A DNA stretch of 64,000 bases from Candidatus Latescibacterota bacterium (GCA_965208835.1 OZ242358.1:1888001-1952000), one strand, 5' to 3'. Positions 19,040-29,849 are shown, counted from the stretch's first letter. Notes: generated by a model from the letters alone, not told the origin. Numbers and translations: made by a program.

Positions 19040-19213
19040 TTTCATCAAACGGCCGCGCGAATTTCCTGCCACCAGATTGGTTGCGGCTGAGCAAAGCGAA
19101 GACGCGCTAGGGGTAAAGACCTGAAAAATACAATCAAAGAGTGATTTTGCAAAGCCAAATTCCGTATAGCGATGTCTGGAAAACGAATCAGTTCAGCTTC
19201 GCCGGGTCGTCTC

Positions 19214-22200
19214 TCAGACCCGCTTCGCCACCTGTGCGTCCGATACGAGTATTCGCATGCCTTTTTCCCTGTATGCGGCTTTTTCCGCGGGGTCGACGGT
19301 TCTCCAGATGAGAAACTGTTTGCGGAGGGTATTCATGAAACCCTGGTTGACGCGCCGCCATGACGCGACTTCGCCCGATCGTCGCTTGAGGGTGAGCGTG
19401 AGGGTATAGATATCGAATTGGCCGGTGGGTTCCGCCTCAAAGCGAAGCTCCTCGCTCACGCCCAGATCGAAGGGCGCCAGCCACAGGGTCGTGCGGATGG
19501 CGTATCCGCTCTCACCGCCGCCGCCCTTCCCGTACAGATGGGCGCCGTCCGTGTAGAACGCCCCCATCGCTTCGCCGCTGTGGGAGTCAAAGTAGTCCGT
19601 CAGGAACACACAGAGCCCGAATACGTCGTTTCCGCCAACCGTAAACGGAAATTCGAAACGCCAGTCGTCTCCCTCCGGCTCGGGGATTTTCCAGCGCCGG
19701 GACACGTCCGGCACGGCCATCAGGGATGCCTGCCTGGCAGGATAGAGGGTGGACAGGATGACGACGGCCATAACGAGAGCGGACGAGACAACGGCCGACT
19801 GGGCGGAATAGTTGACCGTGACGCCTGAGAGCCAGCCCTGCCAGAGAAGCAGCTTGGCGACCGCCTGGCCCAGCATGTAGCCGCTCACCGTACCGAGGAC
19901 GGCGTATACGCAGGCTTCCGCGATAAACAGAAAAGCGACGTGGACCGGCGCCAGGCCCACCGCGGAATAGACGCCGATTTCCCGAAACCGTTCGTACACG
20001 GAACCCATCATGGTATTCAGCACGATGAGCGAGGCGATGAGGATGGGGATAAAGAGATCGCTCATCCCGCGTCTCGACGTGTCGCCCAGCGAACTGAAAA
20101 TGGAGACGTTTACGCGACCGTCCGCGTCTGGAAGCCCCGCGAACAGTACGACCGAGAGGCGTGACAGAAGCTCCTTGACATTGCCCTCCACGTCTGATCC
20201 GGCGTCGAATCGGAGGGCGACCGACTGGAGCGGGCTGCCCACCTGGCGCAGGAACGCGTACGGGACGATCAGGACGTCGTCGGGGTTGATGTGCTCGAAG
20301 GGCATTATTTCGACTTCAGGTTGTTCCAGGCCCTGTTTTTCCCGCGTTTCCTGGGTGGTCATCTGCTCGATGGCTTCCTCATCGGTCAGCTTGAAGTCCG
20401 CGGGACTGAGGGGTTCCTCATCGAGGTCCTTGAGCTCGCTGAACGCCCCGGCGTCGATCAGGCCGATCACCGGCAGCGATTCCCCGAACACCCGGACGCG
20501 TGACGCCTCAAGGCGGCCCGGATCCACGCCAAGGAGTTCCGCTATCTTTTCGGGCAGGATGCACGCGGATTCTCCCGGACGGAACCACCTGCCGACCTTC
20601 AGCGTCTTGTGGACGCCGGTCACGTCAGCCTCCTCAGGCGTCATTCCCAGAACGCCGAGTACGTGTGTTGAGCTGTTTTCGGACTCGACCGGGATAATCT
20701 TTTTCTCCCGCGTATAGTACCAGCTTCTTGGGGCCGTTATCGCGGATTCCCCGAAGTGCGTGACGGCGTAATCGTAGACGACGTCTTCCAGCGGGCCCCA
20801 GAACTTGCTGCGGATGAGCATACCTGGGTACGGACCCTCGGTGCCTATGGGAATCCGGCGAAATTCGAGAGCCGTTTTGATGGACGTAAACGAGAGAACC
20901 GTAAATGTGAGGAGCAGGAGCGTGGTGAACGTAAGCACGGTGCGCAATTTTCGGCGTTTCATGTTTGCGATACCGAGCTGAAAGGCCGCCAGGGAGGCGG
21001 AGATTCGACCCACGTCGGTTTCATGCAAACGCACTTCCGGGACCCGCAGCCGGCGCATGGTTTCGTTGAAACGATTGAATACGAGGGAAATCACGAACAC
21101 CGCGAGCGCCAGAATGACGAAGGCGAGCAGCACGACCACGGGATTGGAGATCTCGAACGCCGGATGCACGTTTGAAAGAAAGAGCCAGATGAGCACGAAA
21201 ATACCGATAAATCCCGCGATCTGCCGCCGGATATCCACGGCGGTGAAGATGAGGCGTTCGGCGAAGAACGCGCACGGGATGACCAGGGCCATGAAAAAGA
21301 CAACGCCGCGCACCACGTCGTTCTGCGTGTCCTTGACGTCCGGATAGGCGCGGGACTCGATGCCGAGGGCCGCGCGGGTATGTTTCATGAAAACGTCCCA
21401 GCGACTTTGGGACATCGCGGCTTCGGCCATATCCAGGTGGAGGCGGGCCCGGCCGTGCAGCATGTTCAGACGCTGGTTTTCGATGGCGTATTTCTGCATC
21501 TCCTGCTTCCGCGCTTCGTTCAGGGTCCACATGTCACGCGCGGCCAGAAAGGAGGTACGCGCAAACGACCCGTGGGTGAGCGTGGGGTAACCCGTGCCCC
21601 TGGCGATTTCTTCACTCTCGGCGCTCGTCGCATTCAGCAGCAGGAATCGGATGCCGATGTCGCCGGAGCCCGCCGCGACGCCGCCGGCCCTCATGGCGAC
21701 CTTGATTCTCTCGCCAGGACGCGTGAACAGGGTGCCCACGGGTTCCGTCGGGCCGAAGCCGATCGCGTACCCGTATTCCTGCGGCGTGACGTTGCCGATT
21801 CCGTAGACGCTGATCTGGGAGAGCTTGGTGAGGAAACGCGGATCGACCGTATCGTAGAAATCGGTGGCGATACAGGGAAAGAGGATGATATTTCTCTTGG
21901 AGATCCACCAGTCCATGTCGAAGTCGCCGCGGTAGATCCGCGCCTGCTGCCCGTAGTTTGGCGCGTATGTAATCTCACCGGTCTCCGGATCCTGAAAGTA
22001 GGCGCTGACGGAGACGCGGCGTTCGGCGATTCCCGGCATGTAGAATTCGCCGTTCTCGTCGGCAAGGTCGTAATAGATGCGCCGGACGCCCTTGACCGAT
22101 TTGTCGATGCCCATCCTGAGCGCGGCGACGGCGCCCGCCTTGGGCCGGTCGGGTACGATGCTCCGCCTGGGAAAGGTACGTACGAATCCCTTCAGGCCTC

Positions 22201-23749
22201 GCATCCTGTCATCGGGATTGAGTCGATAATCAGGGATGAGCGTAGGGTCGTTCAGGGCAATGTCGAGCACACCCGTAATCAGGCGGACCTGTTTTGCGAG
22301 ATTGTCGAAGTTTACCCCTTCCGGTCTGTCCAGGGGCGTATCGACCCGGAAGCGGGCATCGTTCAGCGTGACCAGAGACAGGGCAAGCGTGCCGGCTTCG
22401 AGAACGACTTCGCCGTCGGTCTTCAGGTTCGCGCCGGGGATGAACATATCCCAGGTCATTCCGCCCGTGGGATTGATGCCGTCCAGCAGCGCCAGATCGG
22501 GGTCGAGGCCGAAGGCGGGTGCGATCGCCTGCGAGATGCGGACGAATTTCTTTCCGAAGGGTGTGAAGAACCGGTTGTAGTAGAAGTTGCGCGTGCTGTT
22601 CCAGACGCCTATTTGAGCGGTCTGGCTCGACAGGTCCAGGCCGATGAAGAGTCGAATGTCGATGGGGTCGGTCATCAGGGCCGCGAAATGCCTTTCCTTT
22701 CTGGCGTGGCGGCCCAGAAAATCGCAGATTCCGCGAAAGCCCAGGTGGTGGGCCGAAGTGGCCAGAAAGAGTACCGTGCGCCCCGGGGGATATCGTTTGA
22801 AGTAATTGACCAGTTCCAGCAGGGCGACGGCACCGCTGGCCATCTCGGCGCCGGGGGCCAGTGCCGGGACGACGGACATGGCGTCGTAGTACGCGTTGAT
22901 CACGACGATCTGTTCCTTCAGTATCGGATCCGAGCCCGGAAGGAAGCCCAGGATATTGTGGGCGGTGTGTTTCTCCCACTCCATTCTGGCATGCAGTTCG
23001 ATTTCAAGTTCGCCGCGTTGTTCGAGCAATGTCTTCAGAGCCTGCCCCGACTCTTTATCGATCCAGAATCGTTCAACACTGTTGGGCACCTGCAGGAATT
23101 TCTGCTCGGCTTCGGTATAGAAAGTTGAATCCGGTTCGATGAAGATGATCTGTTCCGCCCCCAGCGTGGCCGCGTTCAGCCAGTTGTTCCGGGTATTGAA
23201 ATCCATGAGAACGGCCGTCCCCTCGAGCACGTGACCGTTGAAGTCGGCGAATTCCCCGGTTGCGCCGTAGATCAATCGCGTGCGGACCCCTTCCCGCGGC
23301 AGGGTGGAGGTCTTGACGAGGTTCGGCCAGATCGCGTTGATGGGAAACGTGACATTGTCCCGCAAAAGCGTCAGGCTGCCGCCCTGATCGACGGGCGAGG
23401 TGACGTCGAACGGCTCGGCGCGGACGTCCTTGAGACCGGCGTTTTCGAAACTGCGCCGGATGTAATCGGCGGCGGCCGCGTGTCCGGGGTATCCGGGAAC
23501 TCGAGACCGGCGCTCCGTAAAGCGGGACACGTGCGTTTTCACGCTGGCGTCCGATACGGTATCGAGTACGCGAACCGAAGTGGCGCTCGCTTCCGGAACA
23601 GACGGAAGCGGCGTGGAAACGGGCGCTTTCAGCCCAAGCATGGCGGCGAGGTATGGGTTGACGCGTTCCGGCCCCAGGGCCAGACCGGTGAAGGCCGCGG
23701 CGGCGAAGACGAGCGTAAGTGCCAGTCCGATGTGTCGCGGGTTTTTCAT
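19214..23749 (-). CDS. Giant membrane protein: M28 peptidase-like domain plus FtsX/MacB-like ABC permease, about 1511 aa
   Basis: Signal/TM, SRVPGYPGH, NILGFLPG, INAYYDA, PGAE (M28-like); RRKLRTVLT and VYERFREIGVYSAVGLAP (FtsX-like); start reassigned to ATG 23749. Confidence 0.85.
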   Translation of the reverse strand: MKNPRHIGLALTLVFAAAAFTGLALGPERVNPYLAAMLGLKAPVSTPLPSVPEASATSVRVLDTVSDASVKTHVSRFTERRSRVPGYPGHAAAADYIRRSFENAGLKDVRAEPFDVTSPVDQGGSLTLLRDNVTFPINAIWPNLVKTSTLPREGVRTRLIYGATGEFADFNGHVLEGTAVLMDFNTRNNWLNAATLGAEQIIFIEPDSTFYTEAEQKFLQVPNSVERFWIDKESGQALKTLLEQRGELEIELHARMEWEKHTAHNILGFLPGSDPILKEQIVVINAYYDAMSVVPALAPGAEMASGAVALLELVNYFKRYPPGRTVLFLATSAHHLGFRGICDFLGRHARKERHFAALMTDPIDIRLFIGLDLSSQTAQIGVWNSTRNFYYNRFFTPFGKKFVRISQAIAPAFGLDPDLALLDGINPTGGMTWDMFIPGANLKTDGEVVLEAGTLALSLVTLNDARFRVDTPLDRPEGVNFDNLAKQVRLITGVLDIALNDPTLIPDYRLNPDDRMRGLKGFVRTFPRRSIVPDRPKAGAVAALRMGIDKSVKGVRRIYYDLADENGEFYMPGIAERRVSVSAYFQDPETGEITYAPNYGQQARIYRGDFDMDWWISKRNIILFPCIATDFYDTVDPRFLTKLSQISVYGIGNVTPQEYGYAIGFGPTEPVGTLFTRPGERIKVAMRAGGVAAGSGDIGIRFLLLNATSAESEEIARGTGYPTLTHGSFARTSFLAARDMWTLNEARKQEMQKYAIENQRLNMLHGRARLHLDMAEAAMSQSRWDVFMKHTRAALGIESRAYPDVKDTQNDVVRGVVFFMALVIPCAFFAERLIFTAVDIRRQIAGFIGIFVLIWLFLSNVHPAFEISNPVVVLLAFVILALAVFVISLVFNRFNETMRRLRVPEVRLHETDVGRISASLAAFQLGIANMKRRKLRTVLTFTTLLLLTFTVLSFTSIKTALEFRRIPIGTEGPYPGMLIRSKFWGPLEDVVYDYAVTHFGESAITAPRSWYYTREKKIIPVESENSSTHVLGVLGMTPEEADVTGVHKTLKVGRWFRPGESACILPEKIAELLGVDPGRLEASRVRVFGESLPVIGLIDAGAFSELKDLDEEPLSPADFKLTDEEAIEQMTTQETREKQGLEQPEVEIMPFEHINPDDVLIVPYAFLRQVGSPLQSVALRFDAGSDVEGNVKELLSRLSVVLFAGLPDADGRVNVSIFSSLGDTSRRGMSDLFIPILIASLIVLNTMMGSVYERFREIGVYSAVGLAPVHVAFLFIAEACVYAVLGTVSGYMLGQAVAKLLLWQGWLSGVTVNYSAQSAVVSSALVMAVVILSTLYPARQASLMAVPDVSRRWKIPEPEGDDWRFEFPFTVGGNDVFGLCVFLTDYFDSHSGEAMGAFYTDGAHLYGKGGGGESGYAIRTTLWLAPFDLGVSEELRFEAEPTGQFDIYTLTLTLKRRSGEVASWRRVNQGFMNTLRKQFLIWRTVDPAEKAAYREKGMRILVSDAQVAKRV

Positions 23750-23844
23750 TGAAATATCCCGATGACCGTTCCGGCGGATCTGTGTAACGTCAAGGGTGTC
23801 GGGGTTGCGACCCCTGCCGCTGAACGAACCAGGGCGGCTTCCGA

Positions 23845-25851
23845 TCAGAAGCGATGCACGCTGTGGCCCCGCTCCGGGAACCAGAGGACGTCGATAAAGG
23901 CCGAGAGTGCGACGCCGAGTATATAGCCGGCGAGCAGGCCGATGAACAATGGACGGGATTTTCTGTAAACGGATGGTCCGCCCATCTTCAGCATGACCAG
24001 TTTGACCAGCCAGGCCATTAATATGGTCAGACTGGTTCGCCGGGCAAGGTACGAACCGGATATGGCCAGTCCGACGGGGTGCAGCGGCCACCAGACGAAG
24101 CGATGCCGGAGGAAGATCAGCAGAAGCGTGGCCACGCCGCCCAGGCCGAAGAACGCCACGTAGTCCGGATGTTCCCGGTAGACGGGCGGATCTGGTGGTT
24201 TTGTAAGGAAGTTCTTGACGGAAGTCGCGGTACCATCGAAATGTTTGGGCCCCGCGCGCACGATTTCCCACGAATTGAAGTTGTACGCGCCGTCCTTGTA
24301 TCCCAGTTGGATGGTGAGCACCACGCTCGCGATCCAACTTACCAGAAAGGCCAGTACGACGGCATACATGAGACGTCGACGGTCGCCGCGTACACCCTCC
24401 GCAACGCGTCCGGCGTGTGCGAGCGCGGGCAGGAAGAGCCCTTTGAAGTGGGAGGTGATCCTGGACGCGAACCGGAGGGCGACCCGTGTGCTTTCGTTGA
24501 CGGCCGATCCCCCGAGGAAGGGCTGCACGAGACCCCACGGACCGGCGGGTACATTGGTGTAGGGCATGCCGGTCTCCGCGAGAATCTTGGCCAGGCCGAC
24601 GTAGGTCAGGATGACTGCCGGAAGGAGCAGGGCCGCCAGGAGCGGATCCATACCGATTCGCCAGAGCCAGAGCCACATGAACCCGAGCCCCACGAACGCC
24701 GCGATCACCGCGGTCCGATACGAAAGCGGTTCGTCCCTGTCGTCCAGGGGATCGTGCCTGCGCCAGGCTTTACGGAGCACGTCCCTCAGGTGGCGTCTGG
24801 CGACCCAGAAGACCGAGGCGGCCAGCATGGCAAACGCGCCCTTGGTTTGCCAGTAATAGACGCCGCGGTAATAATACGGCGATATGGCCGTGAACCCCCG
24901 GCGGTGCAGCCAGCCGCCTTCGACGATGAACAGCAGGTCGAAGAACCAGATGCTGAACAGAACGTCGAGACTGGCGAAATAGGAGAAGAAAATGGTGAAC
25001 AGACCAATGAAGAAATACCCGGGCGGATGCTGGCGGTCGAGCCAGAGCCACCTGCCGCGATAGACCGGAAACCTCGGAAAGCCGGGCAGGAAATAGTTGA
25101 TGCAGTTCCAGGCGATCATCCCGAAGGCCAGCCCGAAGCCGATCCAGAACAGGTAATTCTTCGTGAAATCAGGGAGTGCGAATTTACCGCTTCCGGGTTC
25201 TTCCGCCATGTGAATCAGGGGCGCCATCGCCGGAAATGCCAGTCGTTCGTTCTGCACCCACTGTCTGCGAAAGACGACGGCCACGCAGCCGAGGACCACG
25301 AATGCAGCGACGATGAACGTGGTCCACCACAACAGCGGAAGCACCCAGGCATCCCATGGGATCTGCGCGCCTTTGGGAGCGCCTTCGAAGAACCAGGTGA
25401 CCGCCTTGTTTTCGTCTGAAGGGATCAGCCACGGATTGACATAAGGATGGAGGTAGATATGCCATTCGTTGACTTCGGTCGCGAAATAGTACGGGGATGC
25501 GATGTACCCAAGCAGATATCCGCTCAAGCCGAAGCCGGGTACAGCGGCGCCGACGACGCCCATGGCCAGAATGGTGTGCCATTCCGCGGGTGAAAGCTTC
25601 CACCGGGAAAAACGCGCGATGAGCGCGCCTGCCATGATCATCAGCGTGAACACGATGAGCATGGCCATCGGTACGTGGCTGTACGTCATCAGCGAGCCGT
25701 GCACCACGTACCTGAGATGGATCGCCAGGGCGTCGAGACCGAGGACCAGAACCAGGCCGGAAACCACGGATCGGACCGTGACGCCGCTGGCCGATTTTGC
25801 GAAGGCTGCATCCGTTTCGGCAGTTTCTGCTGTTCGTTCAGGGCTGGCCAT
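23845..25851 (-). CDS. DUF6785/DUF6784-like polytopic membrane protein (OPT-related), 668 aa
   Basis: IPWDAWVLPL, RRQWVQNERLAFP, WWPLHPVG, PLFIGLLAG motifs; many TM helices. Confidence 0.75.
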   Translation of the reverse strand: MASPERTAETAETDAAFAKSASGVTVRSVVSGLVLVLGLDALAIHLRYVVHGSLMTYSHVPMAMLIVFTLMIMAGALIARFSRWKLSPAEWHTILAMGVVGAAVPGFGLSGYLLGYIASPYYFATEVNEWHIYLHPYVNPWLIPSDENKAVTWFFEGAPKGAQIPWDAWVLPLLWWTTFIVAAFVVLGCVAVVFRRQWVQNERLAFPAMAPLIHMAEEPGSGKFALPDFTKNYLFWIGFGLAFGMIAWNCINYFLPGFPRFPVYRGRWLWLDRQHPPGYFFIGLFTIFFSYFASLDVLFSIWFFDLLFIVEGGWLHRRGFTAISPYYYRGVYYWQTKGAFAMLAASVFWVARRHLRDVLRKAWRRHDPLDDRDEPLSYRTAVIAAFVGLGFMWLWLWRIGMDPLLAALLLPAVILTYVGLAKILAETGMPYTNVPAGPWGLVQPFLGGSAVNESTRVALRFASRITSHFKGLFLPALAHAGRVAEGVRGDRRRLMYAVVLAFLVSWIASVVLTIQLGYKDGAYNFNSWEIVRAGPKHFDGTATSVKNFLTKPPDPPVYREHPDYVAFFGLGGVATLLLIFLRHRFVWWPLHPVGLAISGSYLARRTSLTILMAWLVKLVMLKMGGPSVYRKSRPLFIGLLAGYILGVALSAFIDVLWFPERGHSVHRF

Positions 25852-26025
25852 GGTTCGGCTTCGGAAAATACAGGGTGGGCGCGTATGTGGAAAGGTGGCG
25901 TTTCGGCCGGATGTTCAGCCTCGATCTGCACGGGAAACCGGTCAGACGTTGGTGCAGATTCAATGTTTGCGGATTTTCCGGATCCGGCGGCCCGGTCCTG
26001 CCCCTCGCAGCCAATCCCAACTATC

Positions 26026-26054
26026 TTGACATCCGCGGGTGGTTTTGTTAGATT
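26026..26054 (+). promoter_or_regulatory. Sigma-70 promoter for tRNA-Phe
   Basis: TTGACA-17 nt-TAGATT with extended -10 TG. Confidence 0.7.
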
Positions 26055-26103
26055 TTCGCCTTTGTCGCACAGACGGGAACGATGCATTCTCCCGTGGAAT
26101 GGA

Positions 26104-26179
<76 letters not shown>

Positions 26180-26283
26180 TTTGTTTTCGTAAAATCGTCC
26201 GACCGAACTTACACCTGCCTTCGAACCGCGGGTCGCCGGTTCGGCATGGAAACGAAACGCCTCAACGGCGCCGGAGCAAGACG

Positions 26284-26475
26284 ATGGCCGTTCCCGAACT
26301 CATAGTCAGTCGCGACCGCCTGATTGAACTGGTACAGGATGGACGGACACCCGAACAGATTGCCGGGATGTTTCGCGTGGACACCGCCATTATTCGCGAA
26401 ATGATCCGTCGACTCGAGCAGAACGGGTACTACGACCTGCTTTACGGGCCGGCGGTCGATCGGACAGCGGAATGA
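26284..26475 (+). CDS. Small putative helix-turn-helix protein, 63 aa
   Basis: GGAG RBS; LIELVQDGRTPEQIAGMFRVDTAIIREMIRRL fits an HTH pattern; followed by a terminator. Confidence 0.6.
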   Translation: MAVPELIVSRDRLIELVQDGRTPEQIAGMFRVDTAIIREMIRRLEQNGYYDLLYGPAVDRTAE

Positions 26476-26526
26476 CTCCCTGACCGGCTGCAAGAATCGC
26501 TTCAGGAATCCAGAGTGATATATATG

Positions 26527-26561
26527 AGAAGGCGTCCGTCGGCCCGACGGACGCCTTCTTT
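26527..26561. terminator. Bidirectional intrinsic terminator
   Basis: AGAAGGCGTCCGTCG-gcc-CGACGGACGCCTTCT between convergent genes. Confidence 0.8.
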
Positions 26562-26581
26562 ATGATTCAAACGGCAGAATA

Positions 26582-27370
26582 TCAGTTGCTCAGTTCTTCA
26601 ATATCCAGCCCTTCGATCCGGCCCTCCTGAATGTCGATTTCGTCCCGCCTGCGTACCAGTTCCACCTGTCCGTCGCGCAGGTCCACGACCCGGTCGGATG
26701 CAACCAGCATCTTGTGGTCGTGCGTGTTGGTGACGATGGTGACGCCGCTGTCGGACTGGAGTCTCTGCAGCAACTCGATGATTTCCTGGCCGGTCTTGAG
26801 GTCCAGGTTGCCCGTCGGCTCATCCGCCAGTACCAGGTCCGGATCATTCGCGATGGCGCGGGCGATCGCCACGCGTTGCTGCTGGCCTCCCGAGAGTTCG
26901 TAGGGGTTGTGCTTCAGGCGTTCGCCCAGACCCACCTGCGTGAGTTTGTGAGCGGCCTTGTCTTCGTATTCCGACTTTTTCATTCCCGAGAAAACCATGG
27001 GAAGCGCGACGTTTTCCAGGGCGGTCATCACAGGGATCAGGTTGAAGCTCTGGAAAATATAACCGATATTGTGACAGCGGAGATAGGCGATCTGCGCCTG
27101 GCTCAGGCTGCCCATTTCGATCGCATTGACGACGACCGTTCCCCTGGAGGGGCGATCCAGGGCGCCAACCATGTTGAAAAGCGTTGTCTTTCCCGAGCCA
27201 GAGGGACCCATAATTGAGAGGTACTCGCCCCGTATAACATTCAGGGAGACGCCGCGAAGCGCGTGGACTTCCTGGTCTCCCATTGAATAGGTTTTCCAAA
27301 CGTCATGCACCTCGATGATGTGATCTTCATTCTCCGGACTCGCGGATCGGGCATTGGGCGCCGACGCCAT
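26582..27370 (-). CDS. ABC transporter ATP-binding protein (LolD/MacB-type)
   Basis: GPSGSGKTT, FQSFNLIP, LSGGQQQRVAIARA, LADEPTGNLD. Confidence 0.95.
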   Translation of the reverse strand: MASAPNARSASPENEDHIIEVHDVWKTYSMGDQEVHALRGVSLNVIRGEYLSIMGPSGSGKTTLFNMVGALDRPSRGTVVVNAIEMGSLSQAQIAYLRCHNIGYIFQSFNLIPVMTALENVALPMVFSGMKKSEYEDKAAHKLTQVGLGERLKHNPYELSGGQQQRVAIARAIANDPDLVLADEPTGNLDLKTGQEIIELLQRLQSDSGVTIVTNTHDHKMLVASDRVVDLRDGQVELVRRRDEIDIQEGRIEGLDIEELSN

Positions 27371-27418
27371 AACGGCTTCTCCTGTACGTTTTCCTTGGAA
27401 TTTGAAGATAGCCCGATT

Positions 27419-27447
27419 ATGTTAGAGAATATCGGGCCTTCTGTCAA
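27419..27447 (-). promoter_or_regulatory. Sigma-70 promoter for the ABC ATPase gene
   Basis: Minus strand TTGACA-17 nt-TAACAT. Confidence 0.55.
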
Positions 27448-27531
27448 GGATTTTGTCAGCGCCGAACTGTTGCGGAATCCGGCCCGGCCGTGGCGCCCCG
27501 TTTGTGTTCCCGAACCCTGGAGGTATCGGCT

Positions 27532-28359
27532 ATGAAACTTGCGGTCTGCAACGAGTTTTTCGAAGGCTGGGAGATCGAGCGGGTATTCGACTATGCCGCG
27601 CGGATCGGATGCGACGGGGTGGAGATCGCGCCGTTCACCCTGGCGGAGAGCGTCAACGACATTTCATCGGGCAGTCGACGGGACATCAGACAGGCGGCGG
27701 AAGCGGCGGGGGTGGAGATCGTGGGGCTGCACTGGCTGCTCGTAAAGCCCGCGGGTCTGTATATCAACCATCCGGACGGCCGGGTGCGGCAACGCACGCA
27801 GGATTACGTGAAGGCGCTGATCGATTTCTGCGGCGACCTCGGGGGACGCGTGATGATTCACGGCTCTCCCCAACAGCGGAACATCCAGGAGGGGTGGAAC
27901 GCGGACGACTGTTTTGCCCGCGCCGCCGAGTTGTTTGCCGGGTGCGTCGATCTGATGGCCCAGAGAGACGTTACCTATTGCATCGAGCCGCTTACGAATC
28001 AGGAGACCAATTTCGTGACCAGTGTGGCCGAAGCGCTGAAGCTGGTCAAAGCCGTCGGGCATCCGAATTTTCAGACCATGGTGGACTGTCGCGCCGCATC
28101 CGCCGAGGCCGGGTCCCATTCCGAGGTTATCGTCCAGGCGAGAGGAGCGATGCGGCACGTTCACGTAAACGACCCCAATCTGCGGGGACCCGGATTTGGA
28201 GAGCTTCGTTTCGCCCCCATTCTGAAGACGCTCAGTGAATTGCGCTACAGCGGATATGTATCGGTTGAAGTGTTCGATTTCGAACCCGACCCGGAGACGA
28301 TCGCCGCACGAAGCATCGGCTACCTGAAGGGGATTCTCGAGGGTCTGGCCGAGGGTTGA
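27532..28359 (+). CDS. Sugar phosphate isomerase/epimerase (D-tagatose/psicose 3-epimerase-like TIM barrel)
   Basis: GGAGG RBS; DGVEIAP, IEPL, MVDC, HVHVND, SVEVF. Confidence 0.88.
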   Translation: MKLAVCNEFFEGWEIERVFDYAARIGCDGVEIAPFTLAESVNDISSGSRRDIRQAAEAAGVEIVGLHWLLVKPAGLYINHPDGRVRQRTQDYVKALIDFCGDLGGRVMIHGSPQQRNIQEGWNADDCFARAAELFAGCVDLMAQRDVTYCIEPLTNQETNFVTSVAEALKLVKAVGHPNFQTMVDCRAASAEAGSHSEVIVQARGAMRHVHVNDPNLRGPGFGELRFAPILKTLSELRYSGYVSVEVFDFEPDPETIAARSIGYLKGILEGLAEG

Positions 28360-28412
28360 GACGCGAGGGCTTCCGCGGGACCGGCGATCGGTTCCGGTGA
28401 TGTCTGCCGGAA

Positions 28413-29849
28413 TCAGAACTCGTCCGTGTCGTCAGGCCCGATCGGCGTCAGGCGAAGTACGGTACCTGGATTGTTCAAAACGACGTAGATGGCGCCGTCG
28501 GGTCCGCTCGCAACGTCGCGCACGCGACCGGCATTCTTGAGAATGGTTTCCTGGTAGATTACGCGGTCGTTCTCAATTGTGAGGAGACGGACCTCCTCAA
28601 ACGCGAGGGCGCCCACGAGCAGCCGGTTCTTCCACCGGGGGAAGAGGGCGCCGCGATAGAAGTCGATGCCGCAGACGGCGATGGAGGGCCGCCAGAACAG
28701 GACGGGCTGTTCCAGGCCCGGCTTGCGTTCGAACTCCGAGACGAGGGTCCCGTTGTAGTTCCGGCCATAGGAGATCGTCGGCCAGCCGTAGTTGATCCCG
28801 GCCCGGATCAGATTGATCTCATCTCCGCCCATCGGTCCGTGCTCGCTCTCCCATAAATCGTCTGTAACAGGGTGCACGGCCAGGCCCTGCGGGTTTCGCT
28901 GGCCAAAGCTGTAGATGCTAGGAAGCGCGCCTTTCCGTTCCAGGAAGGGGTTGTCGTGGGGAATCCGGCCGTCCCGGTGGATGCGGTGGATTTTGCCGCC
29001 GGGGTGTCCCAGGTCTTGTGCGTACCGGGGAATTCCCCGGTCCCCGACGGGGAAATAGAGATACCCCGCACGATCGAAAACGATGCGGCATCCGTAATGG
29101 TGGCGGGTTCGGCCATAGGTCTCGTGCGGCGCTTCGTAGATGACCTGCTGATCGGTCCAGGCGTTGTTCTTCAGCCGCCCCCGTACAAGGCGCGTCATTG
29201 CGGGCGGGCGGTCGCTGCCGGCCGTGTCGCTGAGCGCGTGGCTGTAAGACAGGTAGATCCAGCCGTTTTCCTGATAGGCGGGATCGATGGCCGCGTCCAT
29301 CAGGCCGCCTTGCCCCTGGTGCAGAACGGTTGGCGTATCTGAAACGGGATCGGGCTGCAGTTCGCCGTTCTTCACCACGCGAAGCCTCCCGGGTCGCTCG
29401 GTGATGAGTGCCGTGGCGGCATCCGGGAACGCGATCGACCAGGGGAGCCGGAGACCCTCAACCCAGCGTTCGACGCGGATGGGATAGTCGTAGGTGTCGA
29501 GTGTGTCGGGGATGGGCGGTTTTGTGGCGCCCGCGGTTTTTTCGGCCGCCCGGATGTATGCGGAGATGGCGTTGATCTGGGTCCGCGTGAGCGCTTCTCC
29601 GAACGCCGGCATCCCCTGCTGGACGATACCGAACATGATGTTGCGGGCGATGTTTCCGCGTCCGCCGTAAATCCAGACGCCGTCGATCAGACTCGGCGCC
29701 GTGACGCCCTCCAGGTTCTGCCCGTGACAGGTCGCGCAATACTGGCCATAGAGTGCGCGGCCGTCCGTCGATGGTTCGCCGGCAGCGGGAAGCGGGCCGC
29801 AAAGGGCGGACAGGGCGTATAACAGGTAGCCGGCCGGCAATCGTGCCAT
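28413..29849 (-). CDS. PQQ-dependent sugar (glucose/sorbosone) dehydrogenase with N-terminal cytochrome c
   Basis: Signal peptide, CATCH heme motif, GMPAF, ITERPGRL, GQGGLMD, RNPQG, EHGPMGGDEIN; start ATG 29849 with GGAGG RBS. Confidence 0.9.
   Translation of the reverse strand: MARLPAGYLLYALSALCGPLPAAGEPSTDGRALYGQYCATCHGQNLEGVTAPSLIDGVWIYGGRGNIARNIMFGIVQQGMPAFGEALTRTQINAISAYIRAAEKTAGATKPPIPDTLDTYDYPIRVERWVEGLRLPWSIAFPDAATALITERPGRLRVVKNGELQPDPVSDTPTVLHQGQGGLMDAAIDPAYQENGWIYLSYSHALSDTAGSDRPPAMTRLVRGRLKNNAWTDQQVIYEAPHETYGRTRHHYGCRIVFDRAGYLYFPVGDRGIPRYAQDLGHPGGKIHRIHRDGRIPHDNPFLERKGALPSIYSFGQRNPQGLAVHPVTDDLWESEHGPMGGDEINLIRAGINYGWPTISYGRNYNGTLVSEFERKPGLEQPVLFWRPSIAVCGIDFYRGALFPRWKNRLLVGALAFEEVRLLTIENDRVIYQETILKNAGRVRDVASGPDGAIYVVLNNPGTVLRLTPIGPDDTDEF

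Noticed and set aside
16528-23128. Long plus-strand ORFs (580 aa at 16528, 582 aa at 21380)
   Set aside because: Antisense shadows of real genes, expected at high GC; no recognisable motifs
23750-24676. Extra 309 N-terminal codons of the 1820-aa ORF
   Set aside because: They overlap the DUF6785-like gene in another frame and are R/P-rich nonsense; the signal-like sequence begins at ATG 23749
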